Below, one piece after another: positions 44,813 to 55,229 of a DNA stretch of 64,000 bases. The notes beneath the pieces are model-generated. The model worked only from the letters and a program-made list of their open reading frames with translations. It did not search any database and was not told the origin of the DNA. The DNA lies in contig CAWHST010000001.1 of the NCBI GenBank assembly GCA_963832055.1, forward strand, positions 2,183-66,182, in the 5' to 3' direction. The DNA comes from an uncultured Gemmatimonadales bacterium (lineage in GTDB: Bacteria; Gemmatimonadota; Gemmatimonadetes; Gemmatimonadales; GWC2-71-9). Position 1 is the stretch's first letter. Each line of letters begins with the position of its first letter. Made by a program: the position numbers and the translations under genes.

Positions 44813-45778
44813 GTGAACGACGTCATCGATTTCGAGATCCCCCGCTATCCGGTTCGTCTAGTAGCGCTCCGCACCGGCCTCACCCCCCACGTCCTCAGGG
44901 CCTGGGAGCGGCGCTACGGCGTCGTGACACCCAGCCGCAGTGAAGGCGGGCAGCGGCTCTATTCCCCGCTGGACATCGAGCGCCTGCGCCGGCTCCGGCG
45001 GCTGACCGATCGGGGCCACGCGATCGGCCGGATCGGCTCGCTCTCCCTCGACGCGCTCGCCCGGCTGGATGCGGAGACCGCCGAGGCCGACGCGCAGACC
45101 GGTGGAATCGCACCGGAGGAGCGCTCGGATGCCGAGACCGTTCGCGAGTTCACGCTGGCGGCGCTGCGGGCGACCCGCCGGCTCGACGCCGCGGATCTCC
45201 AGGCTGTGCTGGAGCGCGCCGCGGTCACCCTCGGCGTCCCGGATTTTCTCGACCAGGTAGTGGCGACAGCGCTCGAGGACATCGGGCACGGCTGGGCCGA
45301 GAAGTCCGTATCGGTCGCGCAGGAGCACCTGGCGACCACCGTGTTTCGCCGGGTGCTCGGCTGGCTGCTCCGGGTGTATGAGGTGAGCGGGCCCGCGCCG
45401 AGGCTCGTGGTGGCCACGCCGCCCGGCCAGGTGCACGAGATGGGAGCGCTGATGGTGGCGGTCAGCGCGGCCGCCAAGGGATGGGGAGTGACCTATCTGG
45501 GCCCGGACCTGCCCGTCGCCGACCTGCTGAGTGCCGTCGGGCAGGCAGGCGCGCGGGCCGTGGCCATCAGCGTCGTTTACATCTCAGACGACCGCGACCT
45601 TCTGGTCGCGCTGCGCGACACCCGGGCCGGGCTGCCTGAGCGGATCCCGCTGCTACTGGGAGGCGCCGCGGCGCCCGAGATCCGTGCCCAGGCGGAAGCC
45701 GCGGGCGCGGTGGTCGTCGACTCCTTACCCGACCTCCGCGCGCTGCTCGACCGGCTGGCGTCCGAGGACGCCAAGTGA
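44813..45778 (+). CDS. MerR-family cobalamin-binding photoreceptor regulator (CarH/LitR-like)
   Basis: MerR HTH LRAWERRYG, W-x9-EH (WAEKSVSVAQEH), QVHEMG, YLGPDLP. Confidence 0.88.
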   Translation: MNDVIDFEIPRYPVRLVALRTGLTPHVLRAWERRYGVVTPSRSEGGQRLYSPLDIERLRRLRRLTDRGHAIGRIGSLSLDALARLDAETAEADAQTGGIAPEERSDAETVREFTLAALRATRRLDAADLQAVLERAAVTLGVPDFLDQVVATALEDIGHGWAEKSVSVAQEHLATTVFRRVLGWLLRVYEVSGPAPRLVVATPPGQVHEMGALMVAVSAAAKGWGVTYLGPDLPVADLLSAVGQAGARAVAISVVYISDDRDLLVALRDTRAGLPERIPLLLGGAAAPEIRAQAEAAGAVVVDSLPDLRALLDRLASEDAK

Positions 45779-47266
45779 GCCCCGGACAGGAGATCACCCT
45801 GCTCACCGGCGCCAGCGGCTACGTCGGAGGCCGGCTGCGTCGGGCGCTCGAGGCGGGCGGCCGGCCACTCCGATGCATGGCCCGGCGGCCGGAGTATCTC
45901 CGCTCCAGAGTCGCTCCCGGCACCGAAGTGGTCGCAGGCGACGTGCTGGATCCGGACTCGCTGGCGTCGGCGCTCCGCGGCGTGCACACGGCGTACTATC
46001 TGATCCACTCGATGGCCTCCTCCCGCGACTACGCGGAGAACGACAGGAAAGGCGCCCGGTCCTTCGCCAACGCAGCCCGTGACGCGGGAGTGCGCCGGAT
46101 CGTCTACCTCGGCGGGCTCGGCCAGGGCGAGCAGCTGTCCCGCCATCTCGCGAGCCGGCAGGAGGTCGGCCGCATCCTCCGCGAATCGGGCATTCCGACG
46201 ATCGAGTTTCGCGCCTCGATCGTCATCGGGTCCGGAAGTCTCTCGTTCGAGCTGGTGCGCGCGCTGGTGGAGAAGCTTCCGGCGATGGTCACGCCGAGCT
46301 GGGTGGACACGCCCACCCAGCCGATCGGCATCGAGGATCTCGTGGCCTACCTGGTCGCTGCGCTCGACTTGCCCGCCGGGGAGAGCGTGTGCTACGAGAT
46401 CGGCGGGCCCGACCGGGTGTCCTACGGCGACCTCATGCGGGAGTACGGCAGGCTCCGAGGGCTCCGGCGGGTGATGGTCCCCGTGCCCCTGCTGACGCCG
46501 CGGCTCTCCAGCCTCTGGCTGGCGCTGGTCTCGCCGGTGTACGCCCAGGTGGGACGCGAGCTGATCGACGGAGTGCGGAATGCGACGGTGGTTCAGGACG
46601 ACCGGGCACTCCGCGATTTCAGCGTGCGGCCACGCGGGATTCGCGAGGTACTCGCCCGTGCGCTGGTCAACGAGGATCTGGGATTCGCCGGCGACCCGCT
46701 GGTCCGACGCGCTCTCGTCCCAGCGGGCGCCTCGGGCCTGGGGCGGGGTCAAGTTCGGCTCCCGCCGGGTGGACTCTCGGGCGGCTTGGGTGGACTGCAC
46801 CGCGGAGGAGGCGTTCCGCCCCATAGCGCAGATCGGTGGCGACGCCGGGTGGTACTACGGAAATCGCCTCTGGCGCCTGCGCGGCCTGCTCGACCTCGCG
46901 GTTGGCGGTCCGGGATTGCGCCGCGGACGCCGGGACCCCGAATCGGTGATGGTGGGCGATGCGCTGGACTTCTGGCGGGTGGAGGAAATCGAGCCCGGCC
47001 GCTTGCTTCGGCTCGCCGCCGAGATGCGGCTTCCGGGCCGGGCCTGGCTTCAGTTCGAGGTCACGCCGGAGAATGGCGGAAGCCTGATCCGTCAGACGGC
47101 GCTCTTCGATCCCGTCGGGGTGGGTGGGCTCCTGTACTGGTACGGCCTCTGGGGAATCCACCAGCTGGTGTTTGCCGGAATGCTGCGCAGCATCGTCGGT
47201 GCCGCTCGTGCGCTGTCCGACTCCTCGGACGCCAAGGACTCATCCCGCCGGCGATCCGCCGCCTGA
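45775..47266 (+). CDS. YbjT-like atypical SDR with C-terminal DUF2867 (frameshifted)
   Basis: TGASGYVG, AYYLIHSM, GSGSLSFE, LDFWRVE. Confidence 0.88.
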
Positions 47267-47286
47267 GGCTCCCCGCCGTGCCCCCG

Positions 47287-48703
47287 ATGACCGACGATCT
47301 CCGCATCCATGCCGCCGCGGAGCCGGCACCCCGCCATGGCGGCGAGCACGTGCTCTACTGGATGCAGAGCACGTTTCGCACGCGGGACAATCAGGCTCTC
47401 GATTTCGGGATCGAGCAGGCCAACCGCCTCGGACTCCCGCTGCTCGTCTACCACGGTCTGAGGCACGACTACCCCTGGGCGAGCGACCGGCTGCACACCT
47501 TCCTGCTCCAATCGGTCGCCGACCTGTACCACGAATTCGACCAGCTTGGCATCCAGTACGCCTTCTATCTCGAGCGGGACGGCGACGACGCAGTCGCAAG
47601 AAGGGCGGCGGGACGGCCGTCGCCGCTGGTGGACCTCGCCCGCCGCGCGGCGCTCGTGGTGACGGATTACTTCCCCACCTTCCTCGCGCCGAGGCAGACC
47701 CGCGCTCTTCGCCGGAAGGTGGAGACGCCCGTGATCGCGGTGGACTCCGCTACGGTGGTGCCGATCCGATACCACGAGCGGGAGTATCCCACCGCCGCGC
47801 CGTTTCGCTCCCGGCTCATGGCGGCGCTGCCGCACTACCTCCACCGCTCGCCCAGCCCGGAGCTGAAGGTGCGGCACCGTGTCGACCTGCCGTTCGAGCC
47901 GACGGTCCCGGATGGCGGGATCGCGGAGCCTGGTGGCCTCGTGCGACATCGATCACTCCGTCGCTCCCGCGCCGGGTATCCGCGGCGGGCCGAAGGCCGC
48001 ACGGGAGCAGCTGGAGCGCTTCCTGGAGACCGGTCTGCCTCGGTATGCGGAGGAGCGCAGCGACCCCAACGCCGATGCCACCAGCCGACTGTCGCCCTAC
48101 CTCCACTTCGGCAACATCTCGCCGGTGGAGGTGGTGCTGCGGGCCAGGGAGGCGGGGCCGTCCGAGCAGTTCGCCAAGTTCCAGGACGAGATCCTCACCT
48201 GGCGGGAGCTGGCGTTCAACTTCACCCACTTCAACCCGCGGCATCGGAAGGTCGAGGCCATTCCCGACTGGGCGCGGCGCGAGCTTCGCACCGGCGAATC
48301 GGACGATCGTCCGGCGCTCTACACCGCCGAGGAACTGGAGCAGGCACGCACCGGCGAGCCGCTCTGGAACGCCGCCCAGACGGCGTACGTCCGGGACGGG
48401 TGGATGCCGAATCCGCTCCGAATGCTGTGGGGGAAGTCGGTGATTCAGTGGACCCGGAACGCGGAGCAGGCGCTCGCAATCCTCGAGCATCTCAACAACA
48501 AGTACGCACTCGACGGCCGCGATCCGAGCTCCTACCTCAACATCCTCTGGGTGTTCGGCAAGTTCGACCGGCCGTTCTATCGGCGGCCCATCTACGGGAC
48601 GGTGCGGTACATGTCGCTCAAGGCTGCGGAGAAGAAGTTCGATGTGCGGAGCGTGGTCGAGAGATACACCCGAAAAGCGGGAACAGTGAACAGTGAAAAG
48701 TGA
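47287..48703 (+). CDS. phr: Class II deoxyribodipyrimidine photolyase (frameshifted)
   Basis: VLYWMQ, SRLSPYLHFGNIS, LWNAAQ, RMLWGK, NNKYALDGRDP, RPIYGTVRYMS. Confidence 0.9.
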
Positions 48704-48769
48704 AAGGGATGAGACGGTAGCGCACCGACCCTCCTTTTCACTTTTCACTGTTCACCGTTCACGCTTTTC
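48672..48769. repeat. Heptamer-built palindrome, copy 2
   Basis: GAAAAGCGGGAACAGTGAACAGTGAAAAGTGAAAGGGA ... TCCTTTTCACTTTTCACTGTTCACCGTTCACGCTTTTC; overlaps the stops of both convergent genes. Confidence 0.92.
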
Positions 48770-49394
48770 CGGCTTTGCCCTCCAGACTCCCGGATCTCCC
48801 GGTCCTGACTCCTCGACAACGTCACCAGCGCGATGATTGCCCCCACCAGCGCCATCTGCATGTCCCATTGCGTGTCCCACACGTCTCCCTGAGTTCCCAG
48901 GAAACGCCTCCGCGGCCTCTCCCGACGCCAGCGCGGTCCAGAACTCGATCAGCTCGTACAGCGCGCTGAAGGCCAGGCAGAAGCAGACCACCACGAACGG
49001 CAGCCAGCGGCTCCCCCGGAGCGGCGACCTGCGGATGAAGACCTCCCGCGCCAGCATCGCCGGGATGAAGCCCTGGGCGAAGTGGCCGATGCGGTCGTAG
49101 TGGTTGCGGGCAAAGCCGAACAGGTCCTGGAGCCAGAACCCGAACGGCACCTCGGCATAGGTGTACTTCCCGCCGACCATCAGAATGACGGCGTGGATCC
49201 AGAGGAGGGTGTAGACCAGGCGGGTGAAGCGGAAGGGTCGGCCAGAGGAAGATCAGCACCGGAACGCCGATCAGGACCGGGGCCACCTCGAGGAACCAGG
49301 TGAAGCGGTCGTGCGGCGCGATGCCGGACCAGAGCAGCACGGCGGCCAGGGCGACCAGCAGAGCGGTCTCGTAGCGGGCAGGGCCCTGGTGCAT
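48745..49394 (-). CDS. DUF2238 (YjdF-like) membrane protein (frameshifted)
   Basis: PHDRFTWFLE, GGKYTYAEVP, RNHYDRIGHF, YELIE, GTQGDVWDTQWDM. Confidence 0.88.
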
Positions 49395-49416
49395 CGAATG
49401 GCCTCCGTAATGAACT

Positions 49417-49495
49417 GCGTGAAAGGTGAACAGTGAACAGTGAAAGGGATGGTCGGCCCGACCCCCTTTCACTTTTCTCCTTTCACCTTTCCCGC
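49417..49495. repeat. Heptamer-built palindrome, copy 3 (degenerate)
   Basis: GCGTGAAAGGTGAACAGTGAACAGTGAAAGGG ... CCCTTTCACTTTTCTCCTTTCACCTTTCCCGC. Confidence 0.85.
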
Positions 49496-50427
49496 TTTTA
49501 ATGGCCAGCCTACTCCGCGATACGGCACGTCCACCACCATCCCGTCCCGCGCGACCACGGTCTCCGGAAAGATCGCCCGCGCTTCGGCGAGCAGCTCGGG
49601 CGCGTCGCGGGTGTAGCGCGGGCTGATGTGGGTGAGCACGAGTCGCCGCACCCCGGCCTCGACCGCGACACGCGCAGCCTCGGCGGCGGTGGAGTGGCCG
49701 GTCTCCTTCGCGCGCTCCAGCTCGTCGCTGCCGAAGGTGGCCTCGTGGATCAGCAGATCCGCGCCCCGCGCCGCCTCGACGACCGCGAGACTGGGGCGGG
49801 TGTCGCCCGAGTAGACCAGCGTCCGCCCGCGCCGCGGCGAGCCCACCAGGTCCGCCGGCGAGATGGTCCGCCCGTCCTCCAGCGCGACCGTCTCGCCCTT
49901 GTGCAGCCGGCCCCAGAGCGGGCCCTCGGGCACGCCCAGCTCGCGCGCGCGCTCGGGGTTGAACCGGCCGAGCCGGGTGTGCTCGGCCAGGGCATAACCC
50001 ACGGTGTCGGGCCGGTGGTCGGTCTCGAACACCACGATGTCGTACTCGTCGCGGGCGAGCCGGTCGCCGGGGCGGATCTCGACGGATCTCGACCGGGAAC
50101 TTGTTGCGCTCGATGCCGAGCGAGATGGCCGCGCCGAGAATGCGCTGGGCGCCGCGCGGGCCGTAGAGCGTGACCGGCGCGGTCCGGTCCTGGAGGCCCA
50201 TGGTCCGGAGCAGCCCGGTGACGCCGAGGATGTGGTCGGCGTGGTAGTGGCTGAAGAAGATCTCGGTGAAGCGAGAACCCCACCCCGTACCGCATCATCT
50301 GCCGCTGATTGCCCTCGCCGCAGTCGAAGAGCAGCGTCTCCCCTTCGCGCTGGACGGCGAGCCCGGCGACGTTGCGATCGACCGTGGGCGTGGCGGCCCC
50401 GGTGCCGAGGAAGGTGGCGGTCAGCAT
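49469..50427 (-). CDS. rnz: Ribonuclease Z (frameshifted; 3' end uncertain)
   Basis: FLGTGAATP, FDCGEG, SHYHADH, GP-type exosite, YSGDTRP, HEATF, THISPRY. Confidence 0.92.
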
Positions 50428-50441
50428 GGGACCTAATAAAA

Positions 50442-50517
50442 GCGTGAAGGTGAAAGTGAAAAGTGAAAGGGAGAAGACGGTGCGACTCGTCTCTCCCTTT
50501 CACTTTTCACTTCACGC
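50442..50517. repeat. Heptamer-built palindrome, copy 4
   Basis: GCGTGAAGGTGAAAGTGAAAAGTGAAAGGGAGA ... TCTCCCTTTCACTTTTCACTTCACGC. Confidence 0.88.
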
Positions 50518-50521
50518 ATTC

Positions 50522-51446
50522 TCAGAACAGCTTCACCGTCACCGGGACCTTCCCGGATGCTTCTTCAGCTCGTCCAGCAGCTGCTGCATGGACTGCGACA
50601 GCTTCCGGATGTCGGTGTAGAAGCCGGTGTCCGTCGCGAACTTTCCGAGCGTGCCGCGGCCCTGGTTCATCCCGAGCAGCAGGCGTGTCGAGCCGGGCGC
50701 CGGTGGAAGTGAGCTGCGCCGTCATGCTCGGCCAGGTTGGCGGTGAGCGTGTCCGCGCGGTTGAGCGTCCGAGACAGGGCCGGATTGGCGAGCGTGCTGT
50801 CGAGCCGGGTGGTGAGCTGCTCCAGCGAGGCCATCGTCCGGGTGAGCTGGGCGGTCGGCCCCTTGTTCGCGTCGCCGTAGACCCCCATCGTCCGCTCCGC
50901 CGCCTTGAGCGTGCCCTGGAGCGCGGTGAGCGTCGCGTACAGCTCGTCCGCCGTGCGCTTGTTGACGATGTGCTGCGCGCCGAGCAGGACGCTGTCGGCC
51001 CGGTCGCCCAGGGTCTGGGCGAGATCGGTGAGACCCGCCGCCTGGCTGCCGATGATGATCCGGTCGCGGGTGAGCGACTGGGCGGCGTCGCCGGGATCGA
51101 AATCGATCGCCGCGTCGCCCACGAAGCCGACCGCCACGATCTGCGCGGTGGCGTCCACCTTGGGCACGATCTTATCCGGCAGCGTCACCGACACGATCAC
51201 CTTGCCCACGTCCGCCAGACGAATCCGCTCCACCGTGCCCACCGCCACCCCGGAAATCTTCACCACCGAGCTGGCCTTGAGGTTGCCGGCGGTCTTGAAC
51301 TGGATCTTCCAGAACTCGTCCTCGTCCGCGCCGATCGAGCTGCCCTTCAGCCAGCTCGACCCCACGACGAACAGCACGATCGCGAGGATCACGAGGCTGC
51401 CGACGGTGACTTCCCGCTTGTAGCTCAAATCCATGTCGCTGCTCAT
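50522..51446 (-). CDS. mlaD: MlaD/MCE family protein (frameshifted)
   Basis: TM helix, GNLKASSVVKISGVAVGTV, IDFDPG, helical C-terminus. Confidence 0.85.
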
Positions 51447-52196
51447 GCGGCGAAAGTGGCGTCCGGGAAGTCGCGCTCCAGGAACTCCTGGACCTTGGGA
51501 TTGCGCGACTTCAGGAACTCCTCCTGGCGTGCCCTGCTGCACGATCTTCCCCCCGGTGAGCAGCGCCAGCCGGTCCGCGGTGCGGAATGCGCCGCGTACG
51601 TCGTGCGTCACCATCACGCTGGTGACCCCCAGCTCGTTGTCGAGCCGCTTCACCAGGCTGTCGATCACGTCGGCGTTGACCGGGTCGAGGCCCGAGGTGG
51701 GCTCGTCGTAGAGCAGGTACTTCGGGCTCCCCGCGATCGCCCGCGCGATCCCCACCCGCTTCCGCATCCCGCCGGACAGCTCGGCCGGAAACTTCGCCAT
51801 CACCTCCGGCGCGAGGTTGACCAGCTTGAGGCACTCGGCCACCCGCTGCCGGGCGTAGTCCTCGTCCCGGTACTTGTCGCCGTCGGTGATGCCGAGGCGG
51901 ACGTTCTCGAGCACGTTCATCGAGTCGAAGAGGGCGCCGTTCTGGAAGACGTAGCCGATCCGGGAGCGGAGCTCGGCGAGCTCCTTCCGCTTGAGCCGGC
52001 CGACGTGCTGATCGTCCACCACCACGGTGCCCGAATCGGGGCGGATGAGCCCGATGATGTGCTTGAGGAGGACGCTCTTGCCGGTGCCCGACGGGCCCAG
52101 CAACGCCAGCGTCTCCCCCTCCTGGACGTCGAGATTCACGCCATCGAGCACGACCTGGCTGCCGAACCGCTTGTGGACGTCCCGGAGCACGATCAT
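51443..52196 (-). CDS. mlaF: Mla ABC transporter ATPase
   Basis: GPSGTGKS, LSGGMRKR, YDEPTSGLDP, VTHD. Confidence 0.9.
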
Positions 52197-52981
52197 TTGC
52201 TGAGGAGCAGGTTGGCGAGGAGGACGTCGAGCAGCAGGATGAGCACCGAGCTGCTCACCACCGCGCCGGTGGTGGCGCGGCCGACCCCCTCGGCGCCCTG
52301 CTGGGTATTGAATCCCATGTAGCAGGCGATGATGGTGATGGAGCCGGCGAAGAAGAACGCCTTGATCACCGAGTAGGTGGCGTCGAACGGGCGCCAGAAG
52401 TATCGGGCGCCGTAGGTGAAGTCCTCGTTGGTGATCGGCAGCACCATGGTCATGGAGAACCAGCCGGCGAAGATTCCCATCACGTCGGCCAGGATCACGA
52501 GCACCGGGATCATCAGGAACCCCGCCAGCACCCGCGGCAGGATGAGGTGGGACCCGGGCGACCGGCCCAGGCTCTCCAGCGCGTCGATCTGCTCGGTGAC
52601 CCGCATCGTCCCCAGCTCGGCGGCATAGCGCGCGCCGATCCGGCCCGCCAGCACCAGCCCGGTGAGCACCGGACCCAGCTCCAGCACGATGGACTCGACG
52701 ACCACGCCGGCGAGATAGTAGATCGGGATGGTGCCGGTGAACTGGTACCGCGCCTGGAGCGCCGTCACCGCGCCGGCGAAGCCGGAGATGAGGAGCACGA
52801 TGAACAGGCTGCCGACCCCGATGTTCCATGCCTCGGTCATGGTCCGGGGGAACCAGACCCGCCACTCGGAGAGGCTCCGGAGGGCGTCCCAGACCAGCAG
52901 GGAGACCCGGCCGACGTGGGACATGGCGTTGAGCGTCCAGCGGCCGACGAAGCGGCGGAGGTCGAGAGTCTGGGCGTCCAT
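52193..52981 (-). CDS. mlaE: Mla ABC transporter permease
   Basis: ELGPVLTG...AGRIGA..AAELGTMRVTEQIDALE, GAEGVGRATT. Confidence 0.92.
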   Translation of the reverse strand: MDAQTLDLRRFVGRWTLNAMSHVGRVSLLVWDALRSLSEWRVWFPRTMTEAWNIGVGSLFIVLLISGFAGAVTALQARYQFTGTIPIYYLAGVVVESIVLELGPVLTGLVLAGRIGARYAAELGTMRVTEQIDALESLGRSPGSHLILPRVLAGFLMIPVLVILADVMGIFAGWFSMTMVLPITNEDFTYGARYFWRPFDATYSVIKAFFFAGSITIIACYMGFNTQQGAEGVGRATTGAVVSSSVLILLLDVLLANLLLSK

Positions 52982-53062
52982 TTGGCGAGGAGCTAGGTAG
53001 CTTACCGTTCGATGCTGATGCCGGATGACTGATCACCGAGGGCTGCTACATCTTCGCCCCCC

Positions 53063-53771
53063 ATGCCGCGTAAGTCTAGGGCCGACCGCAAGCTCCAGGC
53101 ATCGGAGTTCCGCCGGCGCCTGCTCCGCTGGTTCCGGCGCCACGGCCGCGACCTGCCCTGGCGGCGGACCCGGGATCCGTACCGCATCGTGGTGTCGGAG
53201 TTCATGCTTCAGCAGACCCAGGTGGCACGAGTCGAGGCGTACTACCACCGGTTCCTGGAGCGCTACCCGTCCATCGAGACCCTGGCGGCGGCCCCCGCGG
53301 CGATGGTGCGGGAGAGCTGGGAAGGGCTGGGCTATTACCGCCGTGCGGCGAACCTCCACCGGCTGGCACAGGCGGTGGTGGCGGAGCACGGCGGGAGGGT
53401 GCCGGACGATCTCGAGGCGCTGGTGCGGCTGCCCGGTGTCGGCAGATATACGGCGGGAGCGGTGGCGTGCTTCGCGTACGAGCGCCCGACGCGCGGCCGT
53501 GGATACCAACGTCGCCCGGGTGATCCGGCGTGCGTTCCATCCCAGGCTGCGGGGCGCGACGGCGGCCCGCCGGGTCTGGGAGACCGCCGGGGCACTCGTC
53601 CCCCGCCGAGCTGGAAGTGCCTGGGCTTTCAACCAGGCGATCATGGAGCTGGGCGCGCTGGTGTGCACGGCCAGAGCCGCCCGGTGCGAGAGCTGCCCGG
53701 TCAGCGGCTGGTGTGAGACCGGAAGGCGGGTGCAGAGAGAAACAGCGGGAAAAGTGAACAGTGAACAGTGA
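53063..53771 (+). CDS. mutY: A/G-specific adenine glycosylase, short form (frameshift near 53490)
   Basis: RDLPWR, VSEFMLQQTQV, WEGLGYYRRA, LPGVGRYTAGA, VDTNV, C-x6-C-x2-C-x5-C. Confidence 0.9.
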
Positions 53772-53777
53772 ACGGGA
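53745..53777 (+). repeat. Left arm of heptamer element copy 5
   Basis: GCGGGAAAAGTGAACAGTGAACAGTGAACGGGA directly abuts the four-helix-bundle stop. Confidence 0.88.
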
Positions 53778-54140
53778 TTATCCAGGAAAGCGGCGACGGC
53801 GCTTGAGCAGGCCGAGCAGGAGGCGACAAGCGTGGTTCGCGTGCCGGAGAAGGCCCGCACCGGGGTCCTCCGGGAAGACCTCCGCTTCTACCCCCAACCT
53901 CAGGATCTCCGCTGTCTCGACGGCTGAGCCATAGGCCATACCCAGGTGGCGAGTGTAGTTAGGACTATCGCCGAACGAGTATCCCTCAGCAATGTTGAGC
54001 TCGACGCTCAGTGATGCCCGCTGAAGCTGGCTAAAGAGGGCGGCCGCGTGGGGCTTCCACGAGGCCTTGCTCAACCGAATCACTCCCAAACTGACCGAAT
54101 GTGCCTCCTGCCACGCCCGAAGCGACCTGTGATCTCGCAC
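53778..54140 (-). CDS. Four-helix-bundle protein (23S rRNA IVS-protein / Avd-like family)
   Basis: HRSLRAWQEA...LFSQLQRASLSVELNIAEG...HLGMAYGSAVET matches the family pattern L.VWQ...Q..RA..S...NIAEG...A.GS..E. Confidence 0.88.
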   Translation of the reverse strand: MRDHRSLRAWQEAHSVSLGVIRLSKASWKPHAAALFSQLQRASLSVELNIAEGYSFGDSPNYTRHLGMAYGSAVETAEILRLGVEAEVFPEDPGAGLLRHANHACRLLLGLLKRRRRFPG

Positions 54141-54176
54141 GAAGGGAAATTGGGAACCGCAAGCCCGATTCGTTGT

Positions 54177-54209
54177 TCCCTTTTACCGTTCACCGTTCAC
54201 TTTTCACGC
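54177..54209 (-). repeat. Right arm of heptamer element copy 5
   Basis: TCCCTTTTACCGTTCACCGTTCACTTTTCACGC; 28 of 33 positions complementary to the left arm. Confidence 0.88.
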
Positions 54210-54212
54210 TTT

Positions 54213-54677
54213 TCAAGGTACTGCGAGCATCGCCCCCCCAACCAACGCCGCCAGCGCCAACGCCCCCGCGATCGAGCCGGTCAGCCGCTGCCGCTGCCGC
54301 AGCTCATCGAAGTAGGCCGCATTGGGACCCAGGGGATCCATCCGCGCCAGCTTCGACGAGGTGGGCAGCCCGACCAGCAGCACGATCAGCGCCGCCACGA
54401 CACCCGCGCCCTGCATCAGGACGAGCCACAGGCTGAACCCGACCTGCCCACCCTGCAGGCTGGTCATCGCGAAAGTCAGCATCAGTCCGGACAACACCGT
54501 CAGCAGCGCCCCGGGCGCCACCAGCACCTTCTGCACCGCCGCCTGTGCCCGAACCACGGCGCCCAGCCGCGCCCGCTCCTCGTCCCTCGAGACGATGCCG
54601 GCCACCATGGACGCGAGTCCCCCGCCGATCCACACGGTAAAGCCTATGAGATGCAGGAAGACCCAGAGACGGATCAC
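54213..54677 (-). CDS. Hypothetical four-TM membrane protein
   Basis: FLHLIGFTVWIGG start; hydrophobic helices. Confidence 0.75.
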   Translation of the reverse strand: MIRLWVFLHLIGFTVWIGGGLASMVAGIVSRDEERARLGAVVRAQAAVQKVLVAPGALLTVLSGLMLTFAMTSLQGGQVGFSLWLVLMQGAGVVAALIVLLVGLPTSSKLARMDPLGPNAAYFDELRQRQRLTGSIAGALALAALVGGAMLAVP

Positions 54678-55102
54678 GAGGAGGACATCGCGGACAGGAT
54701 GGCATCGTCGATCGGCTGCCGTCCGGAGAAGCCCGCGTCGATCTCGTGCCAGTGGCTGATGCGCTCCTCGCCCAGCTTCCAGCAGAGAAAGATCGGCCGG
54801 TCTTCCCGGAGGGAGTAGAAATCCACCAGCCCGGCGTCGAATCCCTTGAAGACGCAGCCGACCGCCTCAAGCTCCTGGAGATAGCGGTTGATCTGATCGG
54901 CGTGGCGGGCCACATCCTCCCGCGCGGCGAGCAGCTCGCCGGTCTCGCCCCAGTCGGCGCGCGCGCCGCCGGTCAGCAGCTCGAAGCGCGATACGGCCGC
55001 GCGCCAGGCCGGATACTCGTGGGTGAGATCCTCGACGATCCGTCGCACCAGCGGCAACGTGCGCTCGGCTTCCCTGAGACTGAAGAGCTTGAAATCGGGC
55101 AT
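54674..55102 (-). CDS. DUF2203 family protein
   Basis: FSLREAERTLP, GLVDFYS, LCWKLGE..I.HWHE..AGFSGRQPI. Confidence 0.88.
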   Translation of the reverse strand: MPDFKLFSLREAERTLPLVRRIVEDLTHEYPAWRAAVSRFELLTGGARADWGETGELLAAREDVARHADQINRYLQELEAVGCVFKGFDAGLVDFYSLREDRPIFLCWKLGEERISHWHEIDAGFSGRQPIDDAILSAMSSS

Positions 55103-55142
55103 GCACAGGTTCCTTGATGATGCACTGCTGCGTCCCCAGAAG

Positions 55143-55229
55143 AGCGTGAACGGTGAAAGGTAAAAGGTGAACGGGGGGCAGCTGGCCGAGCTTCTTCCCT
55201 TTTACCGTTCACTGTTCACTGTTCACGCT
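55143..55229. repeat. Heptamer-built palindrome, copy 6
   Basis: AGCGTGAACGGTGAAAGGTAAAAGGTGAACGGGG ... CCCTTTTACCGTTCACTGTTCACTGTTCACGCT; contains the CBS gene stop. Confidence 0.88.

Noticed and set aside
53778-54140. Diversity-generating retroelement (Avd-like gene)
   Set aside because: No reverse transcriptase and no TR/VR pair with adenine-specific differences seen in the window.
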